The notes beneath the pieces are model-generated. The model was given only the letters and a program-made list of their open reading frames with translations. It was not told where the DNA came from and did no database searches. Below, one piece after another: positions 37,832-48,129 of a DNA stretch of 60,006 nucleotides. The translations under genes and the position numbers were made by a program. Each line of letters begins with the position of its first letter. Position 1 is the stretch's first letter. The DNA comes from an uncultured Bacteroidales bacterium (GTDB lineage Bacteria; Bacteroidota; Bacteroidia; Bacteroidales; UBA4417), in NCBI GenBank assembly GCA_903878265.1, contig CAIRHD010000223.1:1-60006 (forward strand), read 5' to 3'.

Positions 37832-37868
37832 AAGGATGATGCAGGTTAGCCACGCATCATCCTTTTCT
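37832..37868 (+). terminator. Possible terminator-like hairpin
   Basis: A perfect 11-bp stem pairs aaggatgatgc with gcatcatcctt around an 11-nt loop. It is followed by ttct, a weak U-tract. It lies about 170 nt after the stop at 37663. Confidence 0.3.
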
Positions 37869-37907
37869 AATGAAATCATTAATTCACCACCAACAAACTA
37901 AAACAGT

Positions 37908-38117
37908 ATGGAAACCTTACGTTTTAAAACAAACCTGAAATGCAGTGGATGCGTGAGTAATATCACTGCCGGACTTGAAAGCTTTGACGCCATCGAGAAA
38001 TGGACAGTCGATCTTGAAAGCCCGGATAAGGTTTTGGAACTTGAAGCGGCAGAAGATATTTCGGATGATGTGATAGAAAGCGTAAAAAAAGCCGGCTATC
38101 AAATTAGCCAGCTTTAA
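37908..38117 (+). CDS. Heavy-metal-associated (HMA) domain protein, CopZ-like
   Basis: 69 aa with the metal-binding loop KCSGC near the N-terminus. The length fits a beta-alpha-beta-beta-alpha-beta fold. Confidence 0.75.
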   Translation: METLRFKTNLKCSGCVSNITAGLESFDAIEKWTVDLESPDKVLELEAAEDISDDVIESVKKAGYQISQL

Positions 38118-38135
38118 TAAAAGGTATTTAAATGT

Positions 38136-38714
38136 TTAACCTAAGCGGCTAGCAATAATATCCCAATCAACCAATTGCCAGAAAGCATTTACATAATCTG
38201 GTCTGCGGTTTTGGAAATCAAGATAATAAGCATGTTCCCAAACATCGCAAGTCAGGATTGGTTTTAGTCCGTCGCGCATAGGGTTAGCTGCATTTACGGT
38301 TGTAACTATTGCAAGGTTTCCGGTAGCATTTACCACTAGCCAAGCCCAACCTGAACCAAATTGGTTAACGGCTGCTTCGTTGAATTTAGTTTTAAAAGCA
38401 TCGAAAGAGCCAAACTCTTTGTTTATCATTTCGAGCAATTCTCCTGATGGAGCCGTTCCACGTTGTGCCGAAAAACCTTCCCAATAAAAGGTGTGGTTCC
38501 AAACTTGGGCTGCATTGTTAAAAATTCCGCCTTCGGCTTTCATGACAATTTCTTCGAGGCTGGCATTTTCAAATGCTGTCCCAGGAACAAGCGCGTTTAG
38601 TTTAGTGGCATACGCCTGATGGTGCTTGCCATAATGGAATTCGATGGTCCGGGCGCTGATTACAGGTTCCAATGCCTCTGGCGCATAAGGCAAAGCTGGA
38701 AGTTGAAATGTCAT
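38136..38714 (-). CDS. sodB: Superoxide dismutase (Fe-type)
   Basis: 192 aa. Motifs are LPALPYAPEALEP, FHYGKHHQAY, AQVWNHTFYW (an Fe-type signature) and DVWEHAYYLDFQNRRPDY. Confidence 0.92.
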   Translation of the reverse strand: MTFQLPALPYAPEALEPVISARTIEFHYGKHHQAYATKLNALVPGTAFENASLEEIVMKAEGGIFNNAAQVWNHTFYWEGFSAQRGTAPSGELLEMINKEFGSFDAFKTKFNEAAVNQFGSGWAWLVVNATGNLAIVTTVNAANPMRDGLKPILTCDVWEHAYYLDFQNRRPDYVNAFWQLVDWDIIASRLG

Positions 38715-38756
38715 AAGTTTCTGTTTTTAATTGTTTTACGTTTTATTTAGTGATAT

Positions 38757-40487
38757 TTATTTTAAAATGGTAGTCGTATATGTTGAACTATTTCCTTTTT
38801 CATCTTCAAGATAAAGGACAAACGTGTTTTTGCCTGTTTCTATCATCATGTCAAATTTATAGGTCATAAGTTTGTTTTTTGGATCCCATTCAACCAAAAC
38901 CCATTTGCCATTTATTGTTCCTTTATACGTTTTAATTCCTGAAAAATTATCGGAAACAGTAAATTTAATAGAAGTTTTGCTTTTGTTGTTTTCGCCCCAT
39001 GGTTTGATTATAGGAGGAACGGTGTCAACCACTATGGCATAACCGTCAAAAATGTTAGTGGTTGCTGAAACATACCCATTATCGTAACTGCCTCCAGCCG
39101 GGCTTCGCTTCCCATTTTTATCTATTCGAACGAGCAGAACTTTTGATTGGAGTTTTGGCGGCAGTTTTGTTAGTTTTATCGATACCTTAATTCTGCTATG
39201 TATTGGCGTTTCGGCACTATGCAAATAATGTACATCTGAAAAATAACCATTTCCACCAGGTGATTTTCTGTACCTGAAAACCATGTCTTCGTAAAGGCTT
39301 CCAATCGGGAATTCAACTTTCAAATCTTTGGTTTCAAATTTATTGATTTTATTATATCTGAAAGAAATGTTTGAATCCGAATCGGCGATAACAGGAACCT
39401 GCACAAACCCAGCAGGTTTTTGTGGTTTTACCCAAAATCTGAGGTTAACTGCATTTCCTGTTACATCGTCAACCTGAACTGTAACTTCGTGTGGTTTATT
39501 ATCGCAAAAAGTAAGCACGCTATTTGAAGATTCAGTTTTAAAGAAACTCAACTGGTTACCTTCCAGTTTCTTGGATTTAATAATCCGGTTGCCCGAAATG
39601 TAATTGCTGGCATAATCAATGGATGCGTTTACATAACGGCTTTCGGAAAAAGCAAAGCTGTCGCAAACCATCGAAAAAAACTCAATTTTGTCAACAAACA
39701 TTTTTAGACTGTAAAATCCATTCCTGTCGCTTTGGTTTTGGTTAAAATCGAACGCCTGAACCCCCAAACTAAAATTCCCCCACAGTGAAAGTGTATCTTT
39801 TGTTGCGAGGCGGTATTCGCGGTTACCTGATTTTTTAAGGTTAAACCTAATGTCATCATTTGCATTTCCTATAAAACTATTGTCGTCTTCGGGATAAAGT
39901 TTGATAAAATCAATGAAAGGTGGATAGTTGTCGGGAATGGCAAAATCAAAAAGTAATGGGTTGATAATATTTTCGGTGGCCGTGTTCCGGAGTTCAAAAT
40001 GAAGGTGCGCTCCTCCCGAAGACCCTGAATTTCCGGCATAACCAATAATCTGTCCTTTCTTTACATAAATATACTCCTTTTTGTTTTTGGGGAATAAATC
40101 TACTTCAAAACTTTTTACCATGTATTGGTTTGTCCTCAAATAGGAAGTTATGGTATCGTTATATCCGTTCAAATGTGCATAAACTGAAGTAAACCCATTC
40201 GGGTGGTCGATGTACAAAGCATTGCCAAACCCAACAGGCGAAACCTTTATCCGCGAAACAATCCCATCGGCCACTGCAAAAACGGGCAAGCCAACTTTTT
40301 GCTGTATCGAGAAATCAATCCCCGAATGAAAATGGTTGGCACGCACCTCCGAAAATGATCCTGTTAAGGTAAGATCAATATTCAGTGGCGATGAAAAGTA
40401 ACCTTTAGGAATGGCAACCTGCCCGCACAGTTTGGCTAAAGGCATTATTAACAGTATAAAAAACAGAATCAGCGAGTGAAATTTCAT
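38757..40487 (-). CDS. M23 family metallopeptidase
   Basis: 576 aa with a signal peptide. LytM-type motifs are HFHSGIDF, YAHL and GGAHLHFEL. A long C-terminal beta-rich extension follows. Confidence 0.85.
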   Translation of the reverse strand: MKFHSLILFFILLIMPLAKLCGQVAIPKGYFSSPLNIDLTLTGSFSEVRANHFHSGIDFSIQQKVGLPVFAVADGIVSRIKVSPVGFGNALYIDHPNGFTSVYAHLNGYNDTITSYLRTNQYMVKSFEVDLFPKNKKEYIYVKKGQIIGYAGNSGSSGGAHLHFELRNTATENIINPLLFDFAIPDNYPPFIDFIKLYPEDDNSFIGNANDDIRFNLKKSGNREYRLATKDTLSLWGNFSLGVQAFDFNQNQSDRNGFYSLKMFVDKIEFFSMVCDSFAFSESRYVNASIDYASNYISGNRIIKSKKLEGNQLSFFKTESSNSVLTFCDNKPHEVTVQVDDVTGNAVNLRFWVKPQKPAGFVQVPVIADSDSNISFRYNKINKFETKDLKVEFPIGSLYEDMVFRYRKSPGGNGYFSDVHYLHSAETPIHSRIKVSIKLTKLPPKLQSKVLLVRIDKNGKRSPAGGSYDNGYVSATTNIFDGYAIVVDTVPPIIKPWGENNKSKTSIKFTVSDNFSGIKTYKGTINGKWVLVEWDPKNKLMTYKFDMMIETGKNTFVLYLEDEKGNSSTYTTTILK

Positions 40488-40817
40488 TTTACAAACATAC
40501 TATTTACACCGATGAAAAACAATTTGATAAATATAATTGTGTATTAAAATTCATCCGATTGGTTCTATTTCAAATAAGTCAATATATTTATATTGCTAAA
40601 AATCAAACAATTATCAGTAATGCGAGCCGATTCCTAATATTGATAAAATCGGTTTTCGAAAAAGGATTGAAATCTGAATTTGCCAATCACATTACCTAAA
40701 CTCAATATTTGATTATCGGTGGATAATTACTCATAAATAACTTGGTACGGTTATTGATATTGCAAATGAAAACGGACTAAAAGCCTTATCAGAACATTAA
40801 TCTAAAAACCTACTGCC

Positions 40818-42308
40818 ATGAAAAGTATTAAATTCTTATTTGCAGCAACCGCACTATTTTTTTTAGGATTCGCTGTTTCTGCTCAAGACAATTCAAATGA
40901 GAAGCTCAACCTCCCAGGTGATAACCTCAACCTGTATGCGGTAATGAACCTTTTTAAGGAATCGGAAACTCTCGAAGGTTTTGAAAAAAAACTGAATGCT
41001 GAAGACTCGAAAATCAACAACCTCGATTTAAACGGTGATGAAAAAATCGATTATATCAAAGTTGTAGATAATGTGGATGGCGACGTGCATACGATTGTAT
41101 TACAAGTTGCAATCAGCAAGATGGAAAATCAGGATGTGGCTGTGTTTACGGTGCAAAGAGATTCAAAAAATCAGGTTCAGATTCAGCTTGTTGGTGATGA
41201 AGAATTGTATGGAAAGGATTACATCATTGAGCCTATTTATGGCGAAGGGGCTACAAGTGAAACTCCTAATCCAGGATATACTGGCAATACAACAGTTCAA
41301 AAGCAAACAGTTGTGGTTACTAAAACAACCTATGTAGAAGTAGCAAGTTGGCCTGTGGTAACTTATATTTATGTGCCAACTTATACCGTTTACCGTTCGC
41401 CTTGGTATTGGGGTTATTATCCAACATACTGGAAACCATGGAGTCCGTACTATTACGATTATTATTACGGTTACCATTACAACTATCATAGCCACTATTA
41501 TGGGCATTACCACCACAGCCATTACAACAGGTATCCACATTATAACGATCATTACTACAACGGTCACCGTTCGCATTCCAATACAGTATATCAAAGACGT
41601 GAAAGCGGAATGTACAAAAATACATATTCGCGCCCCGATACGCGGCAGCAGGGTTCTGCCGATTTCAACAAAAAGTATCCTAATGGTTATCGCCCTACCG
41701 AAAGACCTGGAAATATAAACAATGTAACTCGTCCTACATCAAAACCAAACACAACTACTAATGGTACCCGCCCTACAACAAAACCTGGCACATCCACTAT
41801 TGGCAGTCGTCCTGCAGCAAAACCTGGCACAACTACTAATGGTACCCGCCCTACAACAAAACCTGGCACAATCACTAATGGCAGTCGTCCAGCAGCAAAA
41901 CCTGGCACAATCAATAATGGGACGCGCCCAACCACGAAACCAGGCACAAACAACCCTGAAACCCGGCCGACCACAAAACCGGGAAACAATACCAACTCAA
42001 CGCGCCCTTCAACCAACCAGCCAACAACCCGCCCGGCAGTTGTGCCAACTACTCCAAAAAATGAGAATAACAAAATGAGTCCACGGCTCGAAAGCAGACC
42101 TAATACCCAACCCAGCCAACGGCCAACAAACACCCCAACAACACGTCCATCAACTACTCCAACTTCAAGACCATCAGCATCTCCAACGGCAAGGCCATCA
42201 AATACTCAGGCACGACCAACAACAACTCCAAAATCTAGACCAGCCACTTCTCCATCTTCAATGCCTGCGGGACGTGCTGCATCAAACGAAACCCCAAACA
42301 GGCGTTAA
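40818..42308 (+). CDS. Secreted low-complexity protein: folded N-domain, Tyr/His-rich block, Pro/Thr/Lys-rich repeats
   Basis: 496 aa with the signal peptide ...GFAVSAQ. A Tyr/His block follows (YYYDYYYGYHYNYHSHYYGHYHHSHYNRYPHYNDHYYNGHRSH), then repeats of (N/G)(G/S)(T/S)RP(T/A)(T/A)KPGT. At the DNA level a 78-bp unit starting at 41753 repeats at 41831. Confidence 0.7.
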   Translation: MKSIKFLFAATALFFLGFAVSAQDNSNEKLNLPGDNLNLYAVMNLFKESETLEGFEKKLNAEDSKINNLDLNGDEKIDYIKVVDNVDGDVHTIVLQVAISKMENQDVAVFTVQRDSKNQVQIQLVGDEELYGKDYIIEPIYGEGATSETPNPGYTGNTTVQKQTVVVTKTTYVEVASWPVVTYIYVPTYTVYRSPWYWGYYPTYWKPWSPYYYDYYYGYHYNYHSHYYGHYHHSHYNRYPHYNDHYYNGHRSHSNTVYQRRESGMYKNTYSRPDTRQQGSADFNKKYPNGYRPTERPGNINNVTRPTSKPNTTTNGTRPTTKPGTSTIGSRPAAKPGTTTNGTRPTTKPGTITNGSRPAAKPGTINNGTRPTTKPGTNNPETRPTTKPGNNTNSTRPSTNQPTTRPAVVPTTPKNENNKMSPRLESRPNTQPSQRPTNTPTTRPSTTPTSRPSASPTARPSNTQARPTTTPKSRPATSPSSMPAGRAASNETPNRR

Positions 42309-42384
42309 ATGAAGCGGTTATTAAATCAACAAATCCTTGTTGATAGAAAATTCGCATAAATTGCTTACAATAATCCTAAAAAAG

Positions 42385-42418
42385 GAACTTTGAGGTAACT
42401 CAGGGTTTCTTTTTTTTT
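42385..42418 (+). terminator. Rho-independent terminator of the low-complexity protein gene
   Basis: The hairpin is GAACUUUGAG-GUAA-CUCAGGGUUUC, with G-U pairs and one bulge. It is followed by U9 (42410-42418). Confidence 0.6.
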
Positions 42419-42438
42419 GATAAAATGAACATCATCAA

Positions 42439-42766
42439 CTTAGACCCAGTGTAGCGATTACTTAGACCCAGTACCGCTTACTTAGGCACAGTGAACCGAT
42501 TACTTAGGCACAGCGTACCGCTTACTTAGATCCAGTGTTCCGTTTACTTAGACCCAGTGTACCGTTTACTTAGACCCAGTATACCATTTACTTAGACCCA
42601 GTGTACAGCTTACTTAGATAGAGCGTACCGTTTACTTAGACCCAGTGTACCGCTTACTTAGACCCAGTGTACCGCTTACTTAGATACAGTGTACCGCTTA
42701 CTTAGACCCAGTGTACCGCTTACTTAGATACAGTGTACCGTTTACTTAGATACAGTGTACCGCTTA
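42439..42766. repeat. Tandem array of 15 copies of a 22-bp unit (consensus cttagacccagtgtaccgctta)
   Basis: I counted the units directly. They start at 42439, 42461 (a 20-bp unit), 42481, 42503 and then every 22 bp to 42745. There are no intervening spacers. TAG/TAA in the unit closes every frame on both strands. Confidence 0.9.
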
Positions 42767-42891
42767 CTGATTGCAGGGCTTTTTCTTATTATGGTATTCA
42801 GGATGTAAAACTTAAAGTATGAACAATATGGCAATCGTTTGACAGCCCAGTAGGAGGGCTTTCGGAAAGAGGATATTGGGAGAGAATAAAA

Positions 42892-42933
42892 CAAAAAAAT
42901 AACGGTCTGCTACTTTGGTTAGCAAACCGTTAT
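42892..42933 (-). terminator. Rho-independent terminator of the 612-aa T9SS protein gene
   Basis: A 14-bp stem pairs ataacggtctgcta (42899-42912) with tagcaaaccgttat (42920-42933), with one mismatch. On the minus strand it is followed by U7. Confidence 0.7.
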
Positions 42934-42973
42934 GACTGCAATAAACTTATCGGATTATTATTCGCCAGATGTA

Positions 42974-44812
42974 TTATCGGCTGGCAACAGTAATTTTTCT
43001 CGAAAAACCATCGTTTGTTTTTACAATATAAATTCCTGGAATCCAGTTTGAAACATCAATTTTAGTCAATTCGGTAGTGACCGGAGTCATCGAAACAATT
43101 GGTTTGCCCAAAATATTGGTAATCATGTATGAAATTGGTTTCTGGCTATTGGCTTGAAGCGTGATGAAATTGGTTGCAGGGTTAGGATAAACCGTGAGTG
43201 CAAGTTTTTGGTCTTCCTTCAATCCTGTAAAAAGCATTTGATGCGAAACAGACTGCACAACTTCTTTTGTTGGATTATGTTGAACGAAAGCAATGAACTC
43301 CAGGTTTTCGAATACATATCCTGTTACTGGGAAATCAAAAGTGTAAGTCAAAGTGTTTGAAGCTGAGAAGTCAAGTGCTGTACCCTGTGCATTGGGGAAC
43401 ATATCGCGGCAAACGAAATTTACTTCCTTCAGGCCACCCAGCCAGTTTTCGGGTATATGCGACTCGGTTAATGCCGTATGCAAAATAAGATCGGATGTAA
43501 AATAAGGGCTGGCCTGCTCAATTGTTACAGTTGCGCGGTACAAATCTCCTGATAAATGTTCAACTTTTTTGTCCATAATTTGTACCGAAGGCACTGGTTT
43601 ACGCTGGTTATACATATTCAAGAATGCTGGATAAAGCGAGGTTGTGGCATTGCCCCCGACCATTTCGAGCACTCCGTCAACCTCAGTTGTTGGAAAACCA
43701 GTAACATTGTAATAGCTTATCCTGTCGGTAGCGGCCTGATTTACATAGCTATCGCCATTATGATATTCGATTATAGCAACATCGTGTCCATTGTTAACCA
43801 TATCGTCAGCTCCTTTTGCTGCCCCTGGGCAATATTGGCACCAGGTTCCGGTCGCAATTTCGTAAAGTACTTTTGTTCGGTCAACACCACCGGCAATCGT
43901 TACTGTTGCGGTATTGGATGAAGGTGAATACCCAAGTCCTGCATAGTGGGCTTTTACTTCATAAATATATGTATTCGGATAAAGGTTCAGATCGTTGTAC
44001 GAAGTGGTCGTGGTTGTTGAATTTACCACTAAACTGTTTCTTACTATCGAATAATTTGAAGGTGTGCCCGATGAAGGAGCATTCCATGTTAAAGCAACAT
44101 CAGCTCCTGTGGCATTGGCTACAAGGTTTCCCGGCCCTAAAAGTGGAAGCTGTTCTATAAATTCAATATCATCGTAATAACATTCTGCTGTGCCTCCGGT
44201 TGTTGGACCATAAAAATCAATAGCATCCAATTTTTGTAACGAATTTGCCCCTGCCGATCCTGAACTCCATTTCCAACTAACAACCTCATTATTATCAACA
44301 TATAGGGTTGCGAAATCATCATCGACATCAACAATAATGCTGATTCCGATCCATGAACCTTGTACATAAGTAAAATTTCCGGTATTCGCGCCTCCGGCAT
44401 TAACTGAACCTGTACCGTTTACATTAAAATATACTTCCAAACCGTACAAACTATTACCGGCTGCAAAATCCTGTAAAACATTAAAATACCCGATTTTACC
44501 ACTTGGAACCTTAGCAAACATTTTTATCTGATACCTGCCTGTGGTTTTATCGTTCAATTTTAATACCAAATCGTTGTTTGGGGCAATCTTAACCGATTTG
44601 GTTCCGGCATGTGCCTGAACATTCGAAATAATTGGATCTTCAGAACCACCAGGGGCATTGCTCCAGGTTGTCCAATCGGTTCCGGGAGCTTGCTGCACAA
44701 GCTTGGAACCTGCGGTATAGGATTCAAATGTGTCGGAAAATAAAGTTGTTTGAGCATAACCGACTGACATGCAAAACAATAGTGCAATTGTAAAAGTGTA
44801 GCGATGTTTCAT
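42974..44812 (-). CDS. T9SS-secreted protein with an Fn3-like region and a thioredoxin-fold-like WCxxCP domain (Omp28-related type)
   Basis: 612 aa with a signal peptide. The central motif is GTWCQYCPGAAKGADDM. The C-terminus LTVYPNPATNFITLQA...IYIVKTNDGFSRKITV is a T9SS type A sorting domain. Confidence 0.75.
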   Translation of the reverse strand: MKHRYTFTIALLFCMSVGYAQTTLFSDTFESYTAGSKLVQQAPGTDWTTWSNAPGGSEDPIISNVQAHAGTKSVKIAPNNDLVLKLNDKTTGRYQIKMFAKVPSGKIGYFNVLQDFAAGNSLYGLEVYFNVNGTGSVNAGGANTGNFTYVQGSWIGISIIVDVDDDFATLYVDNNEVVSWKWSSGSAGANSLQKLDAIDFYGPTTGGTAECYYDDIEFIEQLPLLGPGNLVANATGADVALTWNAPSSGTPSNYSIVRNSLVVNSTTTTTSYNDLNLYPNTYIYEVKAHYAGLGYSPSSNTATVTIAGGVDRTKVLYEIATGTWCQYCPGAAKGADDMVNNGHDVAIIEYHNGDSYVNQAATDRISYYNVTGFPTTEVDGVLEMVGGNATTSLYPAFLNMYNQRKPVPSVQIMDKKVEHLSGDLYRATVTIEQASPYFTSDLILHTALTESHIPENWLGGLKEVNFVCRDMFPNAQGTALDFSASNTLTYTFDFPVTGYVFENLEFIAFVQHNPTKEVVQSVSHQMLFTGLKEDQKLALTVYPNPATNFITLQANSQKPISYMITNILGKPIVSMTPVTTELTKIDVSNWIPGIYIVKTNDGFSRKITVASR

Positions 44813-44891
44813 GATAAAGTTTTAGGGTTAGTTGCCCACAAAACTATAAATAAAAAGTTGCTAAAGAAGCAAAAAGAAAAATAAAATTGTT

Positions 44892-47714
44892 TTAAAGTTT
44901 AGTCTTCAAGTAATGTGCGGTGTGGGATGATTTTGTTTTGGCCAATTTTTCTGGCACGCCTTCGAACAAAACATAACCTCCTTGTTCGCCACCTTCGGGG
45001 CCAAGGTCAATTATCCAGTCCGCTGTTTTAATTACATCGAGGTTATGCTCAATTACTATGAGCGAATGTCCTTTATCCAACAAAGCGTTAAATGCCGATA
45101 AAAGCCTGTTGATGTCGTGGATATGGAGGCCGGTAGTTGGTTCGTCGAAGATAAATAGAGTAGGGGAGTCGTTGCTGCCTTTGGTTAAAAACGAAGCAAG
45201 TTTTATGCGCTGTGCTTCGCCTCCCGAAAATGTGTCCGATGACTGCCCAAGTTTTAAATATCCTAATCCCACATCGGCCAAAGGTTTGAGCTTGGCAGCA
45301 ATCCTTGCAGCATTGGCATTCTTTTCAGTTGTATTGTTGAAAAAATCAATGGCTTGTTCAATGGTAATATCTAAAATATTGGAAATGTTCTTTTCATTGA
45401 ATTTTACTTCTAACACCTCTTCTTTATAACGCTTGCCTTTACAACTGTCGCAGGTTAGATGCAAGTCGGCCATAAACTGCATTTCAACGGTTACGATTCC
45501 TTCGCCTTCGCATTCTTCACATCTTCCACCTTCAACGTTAAAAGAGAAAAAACCTGGTTTGTAACCACGTAGTTTAGCAAGCTGTTGTTCGGCAAACAAA
45601 CTGCGGATGTCATCAAAAGCTTTCACATAAGTTGCTGGGTTGGAGCGTGAAGATCGACCGATTGGATTTTGGTCGATAAGCTCAACGGCTGTAATTAGGT
45701 TGTAATCGCCTTCAAGTCGGTCGAAACGGCCAGATCTTTCACCAAATCCACCGAAAAGTTTTTTCAGGGCAGGATAAAGGATGCGTTTTACCAAAGTTGT
45801 TTTGCCCGATCCACTCACACCTGTAACAACAGTCATCACTTTTAGTGGGAACTTTACATCAATGCCTTTCAGGTTATGTTCCCTTGCGCCCTTGATTTCT
45901 ATAAAATCGTTCCAAGGCCGTCTGCTTCCTGGTATGGAAATCGTTTTTTTACCCGATAAATATAAACCGGTCAAACTTTTATCGTCTTCTAAAATCTCAT
46001 CGTAAGTGCCTTGAAATATCAATTCCCCGCCATGGCTTCCTGCTAAAGGCCCAATGTCTATAACTTGATTGGCTGCTTTTATAATCTCTTCATCGTGCTC
46101 CACAACAATTACTGTATTGCCAATGTCGCGAAGCCCTTTTAGTACTTTTATCAACAAATGTGTGTCGCGGGGATGTAAGCCAATACTCGGTTCGTCAAGA
46201 ATATATAAGGAACCTACCAGACTGCTACCCAACGAAGTAGCAATGTTAATCCTCTGGGATTCACCTCCTGATAGCGAATTGGAAAGCCGATTTAATGTTA
46301 GGTATGGCAAGCCGACATTACATAAATAGCCCAATCTGTTTTTTATTTCAACCAGCAGCCTGTCGGCAACTTTGTGCTCATATCCAGTAAGCTCAATGTT
46401 GGTGAAAAAATTATGGGCGTGTTCGATTGGCATCAAAACCAGGTCGGTAATTGATTTTTCGTTGATTTTTACATAATTGGCATCCTTGCGCAAGCGTGTT
46501 CCGAGGCAATCCGGACAAACAGTTTTTCCACGATATCTGGAAAGCATCACCCTGTATTGAATTTTATAGGTCTGGCTTTCAACCATTTGAAAGAAGGCAT
46601 CAATTCCATCGAAGTATTTGTTGCCTTTCCATAATAATTTTCGTTGTTCCTGGGTCAATTGGTAATAAGGGCTATGGACAGGAAAATTGAATTTGTGGGC
46701 ATGAGTCAATAACGTATGTTTGTATTCACTCATTTTTTCGCCTTTCCAACAAGCGACAGCATCTTCGTAAACGGAAAGGCTTTTATCGGGTACGACCAAA
46801 TCCTCGTCAATACCAATAACGCTGCCAAAACCCTCGCAGGTTTTACATGCTCCGAACGGATTGTTGAAACTAAACAGATGTATGGAAGGCTCTTCAAAAG
46901 TTATTCCGTCTAACTCAAACCTATTTGAAAACTCCTGATGGATAATTTTCCCATCAAGTTCAGAACTCAATATACAGGTGCCGTTGCCCTCGAAAAAAGC
47001 TGTTTGAGCTGAATCTGCTGCCCTGGAAGGTAAGTCGTCATCCTTTTGGTCAACTGTAAAGCGATCGACAAGAATTGACATTTCTTCATAACCAAAATCA
47101 TCAATTTCATGAAGCACTTCCTCAATTTTCAAAATGGCGTTTTTGTAAAGCACCCGGCTGAAACCTTGTTGAAGTACCACCGTGAGGTCATCTTTGAGGC
47201 TGCGATCCGATTTTTTGTTCAACGGGCTATACAGCATGATCAATGTTCCGTCACGCAATTCCATAATCGAATTTACAACGTCGGTAACCGTATGCCTTGT
47301 TACCAGCTCGCCCGAAGAAGGAGAAAATGTTTTACCAATTCGGGCAAAAAGCAATTTTATGTACTCGTAAATTTCGGTCGATGTGCCAACAGTCGAGCGC
47401 GGATTGCGGGTATTTACCTTCTGTTCTATTGCAATGGCGGGAGCAATGCCTTTGATATAATCAACTTCGGGTTTGCTCATACGCCCAAGGAACTGCCTTG
47501 CATACGAACTGAGGCTTTCAACATACCTGCGTTGGCCATCGGCATACAATGTGTCGAAAGCAAGCGACGACTTGCCCGAACCCGATAATCCGGTTATTAC
47601 AACGAATTGGTTGCGGGTAAATGCCACTGAAATATTTTTCAGGTTATTCACCTTGGCTCCTTTAACAAGGATATATTTTTTAGGGTCTAAATTGTCGATG
47701 TTGTATTTTACCAT
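44892..47714 (-). CDS. uvrA: Excinuclease ABC subunit A
   Basis: Two ABC ATPase modules are present ([14 protein letters not shown] and [11 protein letters not shown]), with signature motifs LSGGESQR and FSGGEAQR and zinc-finger Cys pairs. I placed the start at ATG 47714 (MVKYNIDNL). The longest ORF reaches 47774. Confidence 0.93.
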   Translation of the reverse strand: MVKYNIDNLDPKKYILVKGAKVNNLKNISVAFTRNQFVVITGLSGSGKSSLAFDTLYADGQRRYVESLSSYARQFLGRMSKPEVDYIKGIAPAIAIEQKVNTRNPRSTVGTSTEIYEYIKLLFARIGKTFSPSSGELVTRHTVTDVVNSIMELRDGTLIMLYSPLNKKSDRSLKDDLTVVLQQGFSRVLYKNAILKIEEVLHEIDDFGYEEMSILVDRFTVDQKDDDLPSRAADSAQTAFFEGNGTCILSSELDGKIIHQEFSNRFELDGITFEEPSIHLFSFNNPFGACKTCEGFGSVIGIDEDLVVPDKSLSVYEDAVACWKGEKMSEYKHTLLTHAHKFNFPVHSPYYQLTQEQRKLLWKGNKYFDGIDAFFQMVESQTYKIQYRVMLSRYRGKTVCPDCLGTRLRKDANYVKINEKSITDLVLMPIEHAHNFFTNIELTGYEHKVADRLLVEIKNRLGYLCNVGLPYLTLNRLSNSLSGGESQRINIATSLGSSLVGSLYILDEPSIGLHPRDTHLLIKVLKGLRDIGNTVIVVEHDEEIIKAANQVIDIGPLAGSHGGELIFQGTYDEILEDDKSLTGLYLSGKKTISIPGSRRPWNDFIEIKGAREHNLKGIDVKFPLKVMTVVTGVSGSGKTTLVKRILYPALKKLFGGFGERSGRFDRLEGDYNLITAVELIDQNPIGRSSRSNPATYVKAFDDIRSLFAEQQLAKLRGYKPGFFSFNVEGGRCEECEGEGIVTVEMQFMADLHLTCDSCKGKRYKEEVLEVKFNEKNISNILDITIEQAIDFFNNTTEKNANAARIAAKLKPLADVGLGYLKLGQSSDTFSGGEAQRIKLASFLTKGSNDSPTLFIFDEPTTGLHIHDINRLLSAFNALLDKGHSLIVIEHNLDVIKTADWIIDLGPEGGEQGGYVLFEGVPEKLAKTKSSHTAHYLKTKL

Positions 47715-48129
47715 GATATTTTTGTCGAAAGAAGCATGCTTGAGCATCACTTTTAAAACACAAAAGTTGCACAAGCGGCTGCAAAGCTACTTACATTTAG
47801 GACATTTAGCATCGAAACTGGACTTGGTATCATATTTTTGTTCATCTTCATTAATTTTTTTATTGGTGTGTTGTTTGAGTATATATACCACATTATCAAA
47901 TGTATATACATAAAAATGCTTCAGGAGATAAATTATTTGTGAAAATAAATTAACATAAATTCACATCAAACAAACTTTGTTGTATATTTGCATTTCGCAA
48001 GTGTAAAGTGGTTGAATTCCACAATACCCAAAAAGACCTGTTTCCACGGATTATTAACCTAAAAAGACATTATCGACAGATTTCTACGCTCTTAAACTCA
48101 AATAGTTACTAACCAAAAAGGAGGTAAAT

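Noticed and set aside
41163-42133. Long ORFs overlapping the low-complexity gene on either strand (41163..41594, 41320..41625, 41371..41718, 41687..42133, 41761..42078)
   Set aside because: They lie in alternative or antisense frames of a repeat-rich, compositionally biased gene and encode low-complexity nonsense (VVMIVIM..., GFVVGRV...). The + frame with the signal peptide is the credible one.
42439-42766. Possible CRISPR array
   Set aside because: The 22-bp units abut directly with no unique spacers. The unit is shorter than typical CRISPR repeats and no cas genes are nearby. I call it a plain tandem repeat.
47715-47774. N-terminal extensions of the longest ORFs for uvrA, and likewise for recA (50430), thrC (18608), thrB (19628), nth (49089), the TPR protein (51539) and the heptahaem cytochrome (28672)
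   Set aside because: The extensions add non-conserved residues ahead of canonical N-termini or signal peptides. Some use TTG starts or overlap upstream genes or terminators. I chose the internal ATG starts instead.
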